Below are positions 28,824 through 38,359 of a stretch of DNA of 64,000 nt, piece by piece; positions within the stretch are counted from its first letter, which is position 1, and every line of letters starts with the position of its first letter. The notes under the pieces are model-generated. The model had not been told where the DNA came from and searched no databases. It saw only the letters and a program-made list of their open reading frames with translations. The position numbers and the translations under genes were made by a program. Source of the stretch: an uncultured bacterium (GTDB lineage: Bacteria > Zixibacteria > MSB-5A5 > CAIYYT01); NCBI GenBank assembly GCA_963726455.1, contig CAVSCK010000004.1, positions 1,408,001 to 1,472,000 on the forward strand. The letters are read 5' to 3'.

Positions 28824-30953
28824 TCCCAGATTTGTGGCCGGATCACCAAAATCAAACGCTGATACTGAGATAAAGACGGGGCGTGAAGGTAACATACCAT
28901 CGATCGAATACTCATATTCATAATAAGCCGGTACCGAGTCCTGTTCCATCTCATCCCAGACCGTATCAGCGGGCGTCGCATCGGGATATACCTTACGCAT
29001 TTCGCCAAATCCACCCAGAGTCGAGCGGTTATAGTCCTGTTGAGTAAAATAGTAATAGTTGGTGTCAGTGCCGTCGATCCAGGTCAGAGAATCCGACTGA
29101 TTGGGGTAATCAAGAGGATTGAACCCTTCGCCATAAATCTTAGCGAGTGAGTCCAGCGTAAACGGAACTTCCGTCAACTCCCATTTGGGGGGAGCATATG
29201 CCAAATTCAATTTGTGGCGATCAAAATCCAGATGATCATAGGAAGTCAGCAACGCGAAATCCTTAACCGACAGCCTTTGACCCATGTAAACACGATATCC
29301 CTCAAAGTCAACATTGCTCGAAAACGGATCTTTGCTGGTTTCCGTCGCGTATCCGTTCCAGCGCACAGTTATCTGTCCCGGTGAAGAAGAATATTTCAAG
29401 ACCGGTGGTGGTGGCGGTGGAGGGCCATCAAAATCAGGTAGCCCGTCGCCAGACCAAATAGTGTCACCCGGACTGCAGGGGTTTGGAGTAGGATTGCCTC
29501 GGAAGCCGCTACCGTTGGTGCTGACTCCCGGATTATCGTACACCCATCCTGCCCAGAGCGCATTTGTTGCCAGATCCGAAAACGAAAGTTTGTTGAAGAA
29601 CACGTCAGGATTATTGGAATCAAAGTACTTCTGAAAATCGTCCGGCTTGACGTGGAACTTGTCGCCCGCGATATAACCTATCGTCAGGGGTAACGAATCT
29701 CCAACTTGGATATCAAACGGTCCGAATGATAACAGGTAACGCGTATCGTAGCCGTCCGCAAGGTCGGACGCAATGTTAGACGCCGGCGGCAGCCAGCCCT
29801 GGCTCCCCATGTCTATTGCCGAGTAGATTTGATCGTAGTCAAACTCGCCGTTCTTCAGGAAGAAGTACTTGTTTTTGTCACCTGCCGGCGTACCCAGACC
29901 GCCCGTACCAAGATTGCGATTGTTTTCTTTGCGTACCGGTCCCCAGTCCAGCGTCGCATCGCCCTGGGATACCCACCAATTGAAACTAGTCTTCAAATCC
30001 GGGTTTGGAGTCCGCACCACACGCGTCCCCGTTACTGCCACAGTACTTCTGTAGTCGAAGACACCGTCTTCATTAGGATCGCCATCCTGATCGGCAATCC
30101 ACGCCACATTGATGACGTCCTGTAAATCCTTGCAGGCAGTTGAAGGCACGGTCTGTTTGAATCCGCAGATGTCGTCCTGGAATCCGTTGGCGTAAGAAGG
30201 ATGGTAAACGTCGGCGTCAACATACAGGCCGATATATGACTTCCTGATTTCCTTCGTTCCGATGTTCTTAATCAAGAAATCGATGAGAATGAAGTCCTCA
30301 GCATAGGAATAAGACCATGAGTAGCTTTTTTGTGTAATCTCTACGCCGATGGGAATGTGAGAGCGGTTGTCATCAGGGTTGATCGCCACAAACTGTTGAT
30401 CCGTCAAAGTGTCCGTGTAGACAGCCATATAATCCGCTTCACTAACGGCGTCCGGACTATAAGCGGGATCGGTCAGTCGCGTAGACCGCTTTATGATTGA
30501 TCCTTTGGGCGCCTGATCGGCATACATCTCAAAGATATGTTGCCAACCGTCGTGGCCGGTCGATACCAGCGTGTCTTCACCTACAATAGCTCCGATCCAG
30601 AGTGCACCCTGGAACAAGTACTCAACCCCCGATGGGCCCGGGTACTGGCAGGAAGGAGCCGGTTGATTCGTTTCCGGATCTTTAATGCTGGGGTCCGCCT
30701 GGTTGCCGAAAATTCCATAGTTGGTTACGGTAAGCCAGATATTCCCAACCTTGTGCACGCGCACTTCCATGACCGGCTTGCCGGCCGCCGGTTTATTCAT
30801 CCGGGACATCAAGTCTGTTTGAGAAGTCCCTTTTCCGGTAACCGCCAAGGCGCCGTATACGTAGCCGGATTCCATTATGCCGAACAACAGAAATCCAATT
30901 ACTATCGCCGCTGCGAATATCGCCCTCGGTCTACCAGTGTATTCGACCGCCAT
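28404..30953 (-). CDS. Secreted 849 aa protein with polyproline hinge, FnIII-like region and C-terminal sorting domain (paralogue 2)
   Basis: Signal peptide; GPPPPPPP; VFPNPY...IRIYTLDGDLVR...SGIYLY...GKFVIIK. Confidence 0.85.
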   Translation of the reverse strand: MAVEYTGRPRAIFAAAIVIGFLLFGIMESGYVYGALAVTGKGTSQTDLMSRMNKPAAGKPVMEVRVHKVGNIWLTVTNYGIFGNQADPSIKDPETNQPAPSCQYPGPSGVEYLFQGALWIGAIVGEDTLVSTGHDGWQHIFEMYADQAPKGSIIKRSTRLTDPAYSPDAVSEADYMAVYTDTLTDQQFVAINPDDNRSHIPIGVEITQKSYSWSYSYAEDFILIDFLIKNIGTKEIRKSYIGLYVDADVYHPSYANGFQDDICGFKQTVPSTACKDLQDVINVAWIADQDGDPNEDGVFDYRSTVAVTGTRVVRTPNPDLKTSFNWWVSQGDATLDWGPVRKENNRNLGTGGLGTPAGDKNKYFFLKNGEFDYDQIYSAIDMGSQGWLPPASNIASDLADGYDTRYLLSFGPFDIQVGDSLPLTIGYIAGDKFHVKPDDFQKYFDSNNPDVFFNKLSFSDLATNALWAGWVYDNPGVSTNGSGFRGNPTPNPCSPGDTIWSGDGLPDFDGPPPPPPPVLKYSSSPGQITVRWNGYATETSKDPFSSNVDFEGYRVYMGQRLSVKDFALLTSYDHLDFDRHKLNLAYAPPKWELTEVPFTLDSLAKIYGEGFNPLDYPNQSDSLTWIDGTDTNYYYFTQQDYNRSTLGGFGEMRKVYPDATPADTVWDEMEQDSVPAYYEYEYSIDGMLPSRPVFISVSAFDFGDPATNLGPLESSPLANAVQIYPVNSPDVVTQQNLKVTVFPNPYKINGGYAEAGYEDVGASLSPDRARRIYFANLPSKATIRIYTLDGDLVRELEHPQPVGSVLYAGESMTAWDLISRNTQAAVSGIYLYTVESELGTQVGKFVIIK

Positions 30954-31015
30954 TAAATTCCTCCGAGTCTTTCAACTGTCACGACCATATCCGTAGACAC
31001 AAAATAGCTTTCGAT

Positions 31016-31939
31016 CTAGAACTTGAATCCGAGTGTAAAGCGATGGGCCTGGTTCAGCTTGCCCAGATCCTGATAGGCGTAGTCCAAGCGCAGTTCCCGC
31101 TTGTTCAACGGCAACCGGACGCCACCGCCGAAACTGATCGTCCCTTCGTCATAATTGAACTTGTCGCCGATCCGCAAAAAATACTTCCCGTCATACCCAT
31201 ACTCAAACCCCGCGTTGTACTTCTCCAAATTGTCCGAGGGATGCGTCGCCTCCAGCGCAAACACCCCCTTGTGATGCTCGCCGTCCAAAACATTGATCGC
31301 GCCGCCAAACTTGAAATTGATCGGCAACGGATAGCTCTCCCGCACAAAGGTCATGTCCGGACCAAAGTTCGTTATCACCATCGAAATCTTGAAGTTCCGG
31401 AAGCCCGTGTCGTAGTTCGTCCCCACATCCGCCGCCCAACCGCTCGAACGTTCTTCCTCATACAACTCATCGATAAACTTCAACGTCATCCCCACGCTAA
31501 ACCGATCCGTCAGGTTACGGCCGTAGCTCAAACCCACCGCATATTCCCGCGCCCCGAACGTCCGTCCCGTGCCCAACGGATACTCGTACGTCGTCTCGTC
31601 AAAACTGCCGCCGTTCAGCATGTAAAACCCCACGCCCAACACGCCCCCGAATCGCGTCAACGGATACGCCATGCCCGCATACTCGTACGCGATCTCCGCC
31701 GGATACTCCACATGCGTAAACACTACTTCCCGATCGTACAACTGCGTCAAACCCGCCGGATTGTAATACATCGCCGTCGCGTCGTTCGACACCGCCACAA
31801 ACGCATCTCCCATCCCGTTCGCACGAGCGCCGACGCCTAACTCCAAAAACTGTGCCCCCGCCGTGCCAACCTTCGCCTGACCCAGCAACACCCCCGGCAA
31901 CAACAGCATCACCAGCGCCAATATTACCAATTGCCTCAT
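31016..31939 (-). CDS. PorV/PorQ-like (UPF0164) outer-membrane beta-barrel, copy B
   Basis: Identical to copy A except 4 aa. Confidence 0.88.
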   Translation of the reverse strand: MRQLVILALVMLLLPGVLLGQAKVGTAGAQFLELGVGARANGMGDAFVAVSNDATAMYYNPAGLTQLYDREVVFTHVEYPAEIAYEYAGMAYPLTRFGGVLGVGFYMLNGGSFDETTYEYPLGTGRTFGAREYAVGLSYGRNLTDRFSVGMTLKFIDELYEEERSSGWAADVGTNYDTGFRNFKISMVITNFGPDMTFVRESYPLPINFKFGGAINVLDGEHHKGVFALEATHPSDNLEKYNAGFEYGYDGKYFLRIGDKFNYDEGTISFGGGVRLPLNKRELRLDYAYQDLGKLNQAHRFTLGFKF

Positions 31940-32399
31940 GCCGTCTCCTCTATCTCCAGCAAATAGAATTCTCCATCACTCACTTGATGATCACAAACTT
32001 GCCGACCTGCGTCCCTAACTCCGATTCCACCGTGTACAAATAGATCCCGGATACCACCGCCTGCGTGTTCCGGCTGATCAGATCCCACGCCGTCATGCTC
32101 TCGCCGGCATACAACACCGAGCCCACCGGCTGCGGATGTTCCAGTTCACGCACCAAATCCCCATCCAGCGTGTAGATCCGGATCGTCGCCTTCGACGGCA
32201 GATTCGCAAAATAGATGCGACGCGCACGGTCAGGTGACAACGACGCGCCCACATCCTCGTAACCCGCTTCCGCGTAGCCGCCGTTGATCTTATATGGATT
32301 CGGGAACACCGTCACCTTCAGGTTCTGCTGCGTCACCACGTCCGGCGAATTCACCGGATAAATCTGCACCGCATTCGCCAACGGCGAACTCTCCAGCGG
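31020..32399. repeat. 1.38 kb direct repeat, copy B
   Basis: See 27444-28823. Confidence 0.95.
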
Positions 32400-34514
32400 C
32401 GCCAAATTCGTGGCCGGATTTCCAAAATCGAACGTCGTCACGGCCATGTAGACGGGGCGTGATGCCAATAGACCGTCGATCGAATACTCATATTCGTAAT
32501 AAGCCGGTACTTTCGCCTGCTCCATCTCGTCCCAGATAGAGTCAGTGGGCGTCGCGTCAGGGTAAATCCTGCGAATCTCGCCCGAACCGCCCAATGTCGA
32601 ACGGTTGTAATCTTGAGCAGTGAAATAATAATAGTTAGTGTCAGTGCCTTCAATCCAAACCAGGGAGTCAGACCCGTTGGGGTACATCAGAGGATCGAAG
32701 GTCTGTCCATACATCGCTTTGAGGGAGTCTAAGGTAAATGGCGTTTCGGTGACTTCCCAACGTGCCGGCGAATAACCCAGGTTCAATTGGTGCTGGCTGA
32801 AATCGTAGTGATCAAACGAAGTCAGGAGAGCAAAATCCGCGAGCGTCAGCTTCTGGCCCATGTAGACACGATAACCCTCGAAGTCTATCTTCTTGGAGAA
32901 ATTGTCCTGGGTATTTTCCGACGCGTGGCCGTTCCAGCGTATGGTGACCTTTCCGGGAGAAGAACTGTATTTCAGAACCGGTGGTGGTGGTGGTGGTGGA
33001 CCCTGAAAATCGGGCTTTCCGTCACCGCTCCAGATCGTGTCCGCTGGGTTGCAGATGTTCATGGTTGGATTGCCGCGGAAACCGTCGCCGTCCGTATCCA
33101 CACCGGGATTATCGTATACCCATGCCGCCCATTGCGCGTTCGTGGCAAAATCCGAAAAATCGAGTCTGTCGTAAAACGCCTGCGGATTGTTGGCGTCGAA
33201 GTATTTCTGGAAATCGTCCGGTTTGACATGGAACTTGTCGCCTCCGATCTGCGCGATCGTGATAGCCAACGTGTCCCCTGGCATGATATCGAACGGGCCG
33301 AAACACAGCAAGTAACGAGTGTCGTAGCCATCCGCCAGGTCAGAAGCGATATTGGCGTTGGGCGGCAGCCAACCGTCCGCGCTGTGATCCACCGCAGAAT
33401 AGATCTGATCATAATCGAACTCGCGAATCGACATTATATAGTACTTGTTTCTGTCGCCTTCGGGAGTGCCCAGTCCGCCGGTTCCGAAATTACGATTATT
33501 CTCGCGGCGGCGTGGTCCCCAATCCAGACTGGCATCGCCGTTTGACACCCACCAATTATAGGAGTAATTAAGGTCGGGGTTGGGAGATCTCACTACACGT
33601 GAACCGGATACACCAACCGGCGAATACCTGTCGAAGACGCCCTCGGCGTTCGGATCGCCGTCGTTGTCGGCAATCCATGCCAGGTTGACCTCATCCTGCA
33701 TCTCTTTGCAGCCGGGATCTGGCACCGTCGCCTTGAAGCCGGTAATGTCGTCAGCAAATCCGTTGGGAGTGATGGCATGCCAAACGTCACCATCTATATA
33801 AAGTCCCATGTAGGCCTTTCTGATCTCCTTCGAAGTTATGTTAACGACCTTATAATCGATGAGGATGAAGTCCTCGGCGTAGCTGTAGGACCAGGAATAG
33901 CTGTTCTGAATGAGCTTAATCCCGATCGGTATGTGGCTGCGATTATCCATCTGGTCGCGACCCGTATAATTGTCGTCAACCAGCGTATCCGTGTACTCAG
34001 CAATGAAGTCCTGCTCGCTGATCGCGTCCTTGGAATAGTAATCGGAAGTGCTTCGATTCGACCTCTGAACAATACCGCCGTTCGGAGGCGCCTCGGGATA
34101 CATTTCGTTTACCCATTGCCAACCGTCGGCGCCCACAGAAACCAGCGTATCCTCACCCACAATGGCGCCAAACCACAAAGCTCCCTGGAACAGATAGTTG
34201 ACTCCGGAACCTGAGGGAAACTCGAATGACGGCGCCAAGGATCTGGGAACCACTCCCGGTCCGAGGCAGTAGAGCTCCGTCAACTGGTTCTGATTGAATT
34301 CGCTGCCGAAGAACCCCCAGTTGGTGATCGTCATCCAGGCATTGCCCATTCGGTGTGAGCAATTCTGAGAATTTGGCGCAGCCGCTATCTTTGCGGCTGA
34401 CCGGTTCTGGTTGACGCCCGAAGTCTCCTTGTTCATAGCTACCGCTGCCGATGCCAGAAGCATCAGAAACAGCAACACCGCGACCGACTTCTTCATATCC
34501 CGAGTAATATTCAC
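31980..34514 (-). CDS. Secreted 844 aa protein with polyproline hinge and C-terminal sorting domain (paralogue 1)
   Basis: Collinear with 28404-30953 (YLFQGALW, SYSWSYSYAEDFILID, DLADGYDTRYLL); near-identical CTD. Confidence 0.85.
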   Translation of the reverse strand: MNITRDMKKSVAVLLFLMLLASAAVAMNKETSGVNQNRSAAKIAAAPNSQNCSHRMGNAWMTITNWGFFGSEFNQNQLTELYCLGPGVVPRSLAPSFEFPSGSGVNYLFQGALWFGAIVGEDTLVSVGADGWQWVNEMYPEAPPNGGIVQRSNRSTSDYYSKDAISEQDFIAEYTDTLVDDNYTGRDQMDNRSHIPIGIKLIQNSYSWSYSYAEDFILIDYKVVNITSKEIRKAYMGLYIDGDVWHAITPNGFADDITGFKATVPDPGCKEMQDEVNLAWIADNDGDPNAEGVFDRYSPVGVSGSRVVRSPNPDLNYSYNWWVSNGDASLDWGPRRRENNRNFGTGGLGTPEGDRNKYYIMSIREFDYDQIYSAVDHSADGWLPPNANIASDLADGYDTRYLLCFGPFDIMPGDTLAITIAQIGGDKFHVKPDDFQKYFDANNPQAFYDRLDFSDFATNAQWAAWVYDNPGVDTDGDGFRGNPTMNICNPADTIWSGDGKPDFQGPPPPPPPVLKYSSSPGKVTIRWNGHASENTQDNFSKKIDFEGYRVYMGQKLTLADFALLTSFDHYDFSQHQLNLGYSPARWEVTETPFTLDSLKAMYGQTFDPLMYPNGSDSLVWIEGTDTNYYYFTAQDYNRSTLGGSGEIRRIYPDATPTDSIWDEMEQAKVPAYYEYEYSIDGLLASRPVYMAVTTFDFGNPATNLAPLESSPLANAVQIYPVNSPDVVTQQNLKVTVFPNPYKINGGYAEAGYEDVGASLSPDRARRIYFANLPSKATIRIYTLDGDLVRELEHPQPVGSVLYAGESMTAWDLISRNTQAVVSGIYLYTVESELGTQVGKFVIIK

Positions 34515-34534
34515 TTTATGGCCCTTCTTCCGGC

Positions 34535-37500
34535 TTAGAACTCGACCGTAACCCCGACGCGGATATTGCGACCCGAGCCAAGATTAAGTGGACTATTGGC
34601 AGCATCGCTTCCCGCGAAAACGTAGTTTGAGCCGCCCGCGCCGCTGCTCGTATTGTAGCGGCCCGTAGTGCCGAAGATGTTTTCGATATTCTTCTTATTG
34701 AAGAGATTATTTATCCACAACTCAGCCGTGTAGTCGAGGCCGAGGAATGGGAATCTCTTGTACATCCTGATATCGACATTCGAAGTTGACGGGTATCTCA
34801 TCGAGTTCGTCTGCGGTGTCTCACCCGTCAAGAGTCTCAGCCCGGGGAAGCTCTTGTCCGGAGTGAACGGGAATCCCGAACCGAATTGCCAGATAACGTT
34901 AGTACCCCAATTATCCGGCAGCTTGAGGCCGAACAATTTCGGATGATCGTTCCGCGGCACGCGCAGGTCCAGGTTAAGGGTCAACTGATGGCGAATATCC
35001 CAGGTCAACGGGAATTCCTGAATCGGAATTGACCTGGAATAATATTCGTCGAAGTAGTTCGAGCTCTCGCTCGAACTCTTGCCGTACGCAAACGCGTATT
35101 GATAGCTGGCATATCCGGAAACATAGTTGCCGTATTTCTTATCCAACTGGAATTCCAGACCTCTGGCGCGGGCGTAGTCGGAATTCTGGTAAATGCTGAT
35201 CGCATTGGGTCCACTGCCTTGACGAACAGAGTTGATCTTGCCGAAGATATCCTTGTAGAAGCCAGACATGTCCAGAACGTAGTCCTTCGACAGCGAGTAG
35301 GTCAATCCGAACGCGTAGGAAATCGTGCGGTAGAAATCGAGATTCTCGTTGCCGATAATTCCGAAGGCGTTTGATGCCTGCGTCGCACGCAAATACATGT
35401 AGTTCAGTTCCGGCAACTGATTGAAATGGCCGTAATTGAAGTAGACCTTCGCTTTGTCGGATATCGGATAGCTGAACCCGATACGGGGGCTGAAACGATT
35501 TTGCGAACCCAGGATCGTCTTGGCCGATGACTGATCCGCACTGAGCTTCTTCTTGAGGTCAGCCGACTGAATGAAGAAGTCGAATCGCAAACCGAGGTTA
35601 GCGATCATGCCGCCGTATTCCATCTTGTCCTGCAAGAAGAAAGCTCCCTGGGTTGGACGACGGGTGTAGAAATCACGGAAGACACCGATGTTCGACCAGG
35701 GTCCACCGTCGGGAACGCCGTCATACGGGTAATAAGGATATTCCAAGCTGGCCATGCGCAAGGTGTGCAAGTCAAGCACCAGACCGGACTTGACTTCATG
35801 CTCTTTGCTGAACTGCTTGGTTATCTTGAAGTCGCCCGTGTAACGCATGGACGAACGATCCTCGTACAACGCCCACTGGTCGTAGCCGCGGTCAAGGAAT
35901 CCGTCTCTTGGATCCCATTTGCCATTGCCGTTAAGATCGGTAAACGGCTCGCCTATATCATATACTCCGTTGGGCGGATCATACAGGCCGTTGCCATTCA
36001 GATCCAGGAACGGCATGCCCGGTGACCAAGTATCGCCCGGTCCGTCATACTTGGAATTGTGGTTCAAGTCCATGTTGATCTTCGGATCCGGTGACGCAAT
36101 GAAGATGTCAATGCCCGGATCGTACACGCCGTTCATGTTGACGTCGATGAACGGCTCCCCTAAATTTTTGTCCCCGTCTCTGAAGGGTTCCGGCTGGTCT
36201 ACATTAATAACGGTAGCCCGCTCGGGGTCATACTTTCCATTATTGTTGGTATCGAAAAGCAGATAATCGCCAACATTCCAGTGCCCATCTCCGTTGCGGT
36301 CGACAAATGGCTCCGACTCGTAGAAGTCGACCATGCCGTTGCCGTTCCAATCGGTCAGGATGGTGTCAACCAGCGCTGAGGAATTACGCTGTCCGCGGAA
36401 CTGAGCGTCCACTCCCCGATACTCAGGGTCCAACAATGAATTAACGTTCGGCCAAAGGCTGTTAGCTCCAGAATTGGAGAGAAACACGTCGCCGAAAGTA
36501 TAGAACGGCGTACCCGCGAGATACCACGGATACCAATTCGTATCGCCGGCGACATTAATGAACGACTCCGAAGGATCAAACCTGTTGTTGCCGTTGCGAT
36601 CGTAGTAAACTTCCCACTGATTGTACTGCAAGAATTTGTCGGGAGTCAATCCCTGTCCCGGATTATTGGGATCACCCTGCGCCTGCCTGTAATCGACGTT
36701 AAACCGCGAAAGCGTCAGTTCATAGAACGTTGACTTGTCGATCTGATGGGTCAAGTTAAGTGAGTAGGTAGCTGATTGTTCGTGAACAACCGGCGCCGTT
36801 TGCGGCGTGTAACGGAAATTCCAGGCAAAGTTCGTCTGATCCGTCCAGGAACCACGATAAGTGGCTGTCAGTTTGATCTTTGGTGTTGCCTGCCACCTCA
36901 GCTTCAACTGGCCCTCGTAATTGTTCTGCATCCGGTCTTCAAGATTGAACAATCCCAAAATCGAACGACTGCGGAAGTTACGATTTGTTGTCTGGGTGAA
37001 ATATTGCTTGTAGTTGGCATAACCGTCCGTCTTGTCGGCGGCTCCGGACAACGCGTAATACAGCTTGTCCTGGAACCAATTGATGCCCAGCTTCGGCAGA
37101 AGCTTGTCGGCAAAGAGTGGTTCGCGACCGGACAGGTTGAATTCCAACCGGTCATAGTTGAATGAATTCTTGTTCAAAATCGGAGTGCCCAGATCATCCG
37201 TGTGATATTGCAGCGAGCCAGTTGTGACATCGGAGCCGGCCTTGGTAGCGATCGTCACAATACCGGAGTTGGCGTTACCGTACTCGGCGTCGTAACCGCC
37301 CTTGATGATCTGCATATCTTCGATTACGCTACCGGAGATATTCATGGCCTGATCGGCTGCGCCACGACCACCCAACGGGTCCTTGATCGATACACCGTCG
37401 ACCATGTAGGTGATTTCATTGCTGCGGCCGCCGCGCACGTGAATCTGGCCGGCACGTTCGACCACACCGACCTGAATTTGCAGAAGTTCCTGCACGGTAG

Positions 37501-37948
37501 TGACCGGCATATTCTTGATGGTCTCGGCGGTCAACTGTCTCATGTTCTGAGTTTCACTCAGTTTGAGCAGATCGCGCTCGGCGGTCACCACTACCGCTTT
37601 GTCCAGTTGGATGGTGCTTTCGTCCAGCACGAAGTCGATGATTGTGGTATGGTCGACCGTGACTTCCACCTGCTCGACTTTCATCGGCGTATAACCGACC
37701 GGTCTCGATATCAGCGAGTAACTCTTGGGGGGAACGTTGATGATAATGTACTCACCGTCGGGGCCCGACAGTGCGCCCATCGTGGTGCCCTCGATCTGGA
37801 TTGGCGCGCTGGGAATCGCTTCCTTTGTCTTCTTGTTTGTGATCTTGCCCCTGATCTTGCCGGTGGTACCGGCAAAAACACTAGAGGCGGCAAACAGCGC
37901 CAATACCGCAATGATCAATACCTTTATCATTACCTTGTCCGTCCTCAT
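34535..37948 (-). CDS. TonB-dependent receptor with N-terminal carboxypeptidase-regulatory-like domain and Ca-binding repeat insert
   Basis: GTTGKIRG, IHVRGGRSNE plug, GGYDAEYG, SPRIGFSYPIS, terminal VTVEF; RBS GAAGGAGG before ATG 37948 (alternative start 37996). Confidence 0.92.
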   Translation of the reverse strand: MRTDKVMIKVLIIAVLALFAASSVFAGTTGKIRGKITNKKTKEAIPSAPIQIEGTTMGALSGPDGEYIIINVPPKSYSLISRPVGYTPMKVEQVEVTVDHTTIIDFVLDESTIQLDKAVVVTAERDLLKLSETQNMRQLTAETIKNMPVTTVQELLQIQVGVVERAGQIHVRGGRSNEITYMVDGVSIKDPLGGRGAADQAMNISGSVIEDMQIIKGGYDAEYGNANSGIVTIATKAGSDVTTGSLQYHTDDLGTPILNKNSFNYDRLEFNLSGREPLFADKLLPKLGINWFQDKLYYALSGAADKTDGYANYKQYFTQTTNRNFRSRSILGLFNLEDRMQNNYEGQLKLRWQATPKIKLTATYRGSWTDQTNFAWNFRYTPQTAPVVHEQSATYSLNLTHQIDKSTFYELTLSRFNVDYRQAQGDPNNPGQGLTPDKFLQYNQWEVYYDRNGNNRFDPSESFINVAGDTNWYPWYLAGTPFYTFGDVFLSNSGANSLWPNVNSLLDPEYRGVDAQFRGQRNSSALVDTILTDWNGNGMVDFYESEPFVDRNGDGHWNVGDYLLFDTNNNGKYDPERATVINVDQPEPFRDGDKNLGEPFIDVNMNGVYDPGIDIFIASPDPKINMDLNHNSKYDGPGDTWSPGMPFLDLNGNGLYDPPNGVYDIGEPFTDLNGNGKWDPRDGFLDRGYDQWALYEDRSSMRYTGDFKITKQFSKEHEVKSGLVLDLHTLRMASLEYPYYPYDGVPDGGPWSNIGVFRDFYTRRPTQGAFFLQDKMEYGGMIANLGLRFDFFIQSADLKKKLSADQSSAKTILGSQNRFSPRIGFSYPISDKAKVYFNYGHFNQLPELNYMYLRATQASNAFGIIGNENLDFYRTISYAFGLTYSLSKDYVLDMSGFYKDIFGKINSVRQGSGPNAISIYQNSDYARARGLEFQLDKKYGNYVSGYASYQYAFAYGKSSSESSNYFDEYYSRSIPIQEFPLTWDIRHQLTLNLDLRVPRNDHPKLFGLKLPDNWGTNVIWQFGSGFPFTPDKSFPGLRLLTGETPQTNSMRYPSTSNVDIRMYKRFPFLGLDYTAELWINNLFNKKNIENIFGTTGRYNTSSGAGGSNYVFAGSDAANSPLNLGSGRNIRVGVTVEF

Positions 37949-38156
37949 GGACAAACCTCCTTCTCGAACCGAGATCGAGCGTGTATGTATTCTCATATTT
38001 TTCTCCAGGCCAGTTGACCCTGCAACTTCCTACAGCAACATTCGTATTAGTTATGTTGATCGTTGTGAGGCATTAGCAGTGATCTCTATCCGTACTCCCT
38101 CACGCCGGCTCCAAGTTTGACAAACAAACTCGCATGCCCAAGCATGACAAAAAGTT

Positions 38157-38185
38157 AATTAGCACTTGAGCAGCGTCTGTGTCAA
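38157..38185 (-). promoter_or_regulatory. Possible sigma70 promoter of the TonB receptor operon
   Basis: Perfect TTGACA, weak -10 (CTAATT at 17 nt). Confidence 0.35.
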
Positions 38186-38359
38186 GGGAAAATTTGCCGC
38201 CTAATCTTCGCTCCTCAACTCCATAACTATAGACAGCTAAGCCCAACTTTTGTTTAATCTTAAAGGCCTGATTTTGCGATCAACATTGGCTCAAAGGGGA
38301 ATCGGAGTCGGAATCGACCATGTTCGTTGATGGGGCAAAAAGCAGCAGTTCGCCACCGG

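Noticed and set aside
27444-32399. Diversity-generating retroelement TR/VR pair
   Set aside because: Differences are mostly synonymous, not adenine-specific, and run in both directions; no reverse transcriptase in the window
35900-36615. CRISPR-like or tandem DNA repeat
   Set aside because: Repetition is at protein level inside an intact ORF, with no fixed-length repeat-spacer pattern
37202-38017. 271 aa plus-strand ORF
   Set aside because: Antisense shadow of the TonB receptor; the same applies to the many short overlapping ORFs in the track
37949-38359. Riboswitch (e.g. cobalamin) or sigma54 promoter upstream of the TonB receptor
   Set aside because: No B12-box or other recognisable aptamer; GGCATGCGAGTTTGT lacks the GG-N10-GC spacing
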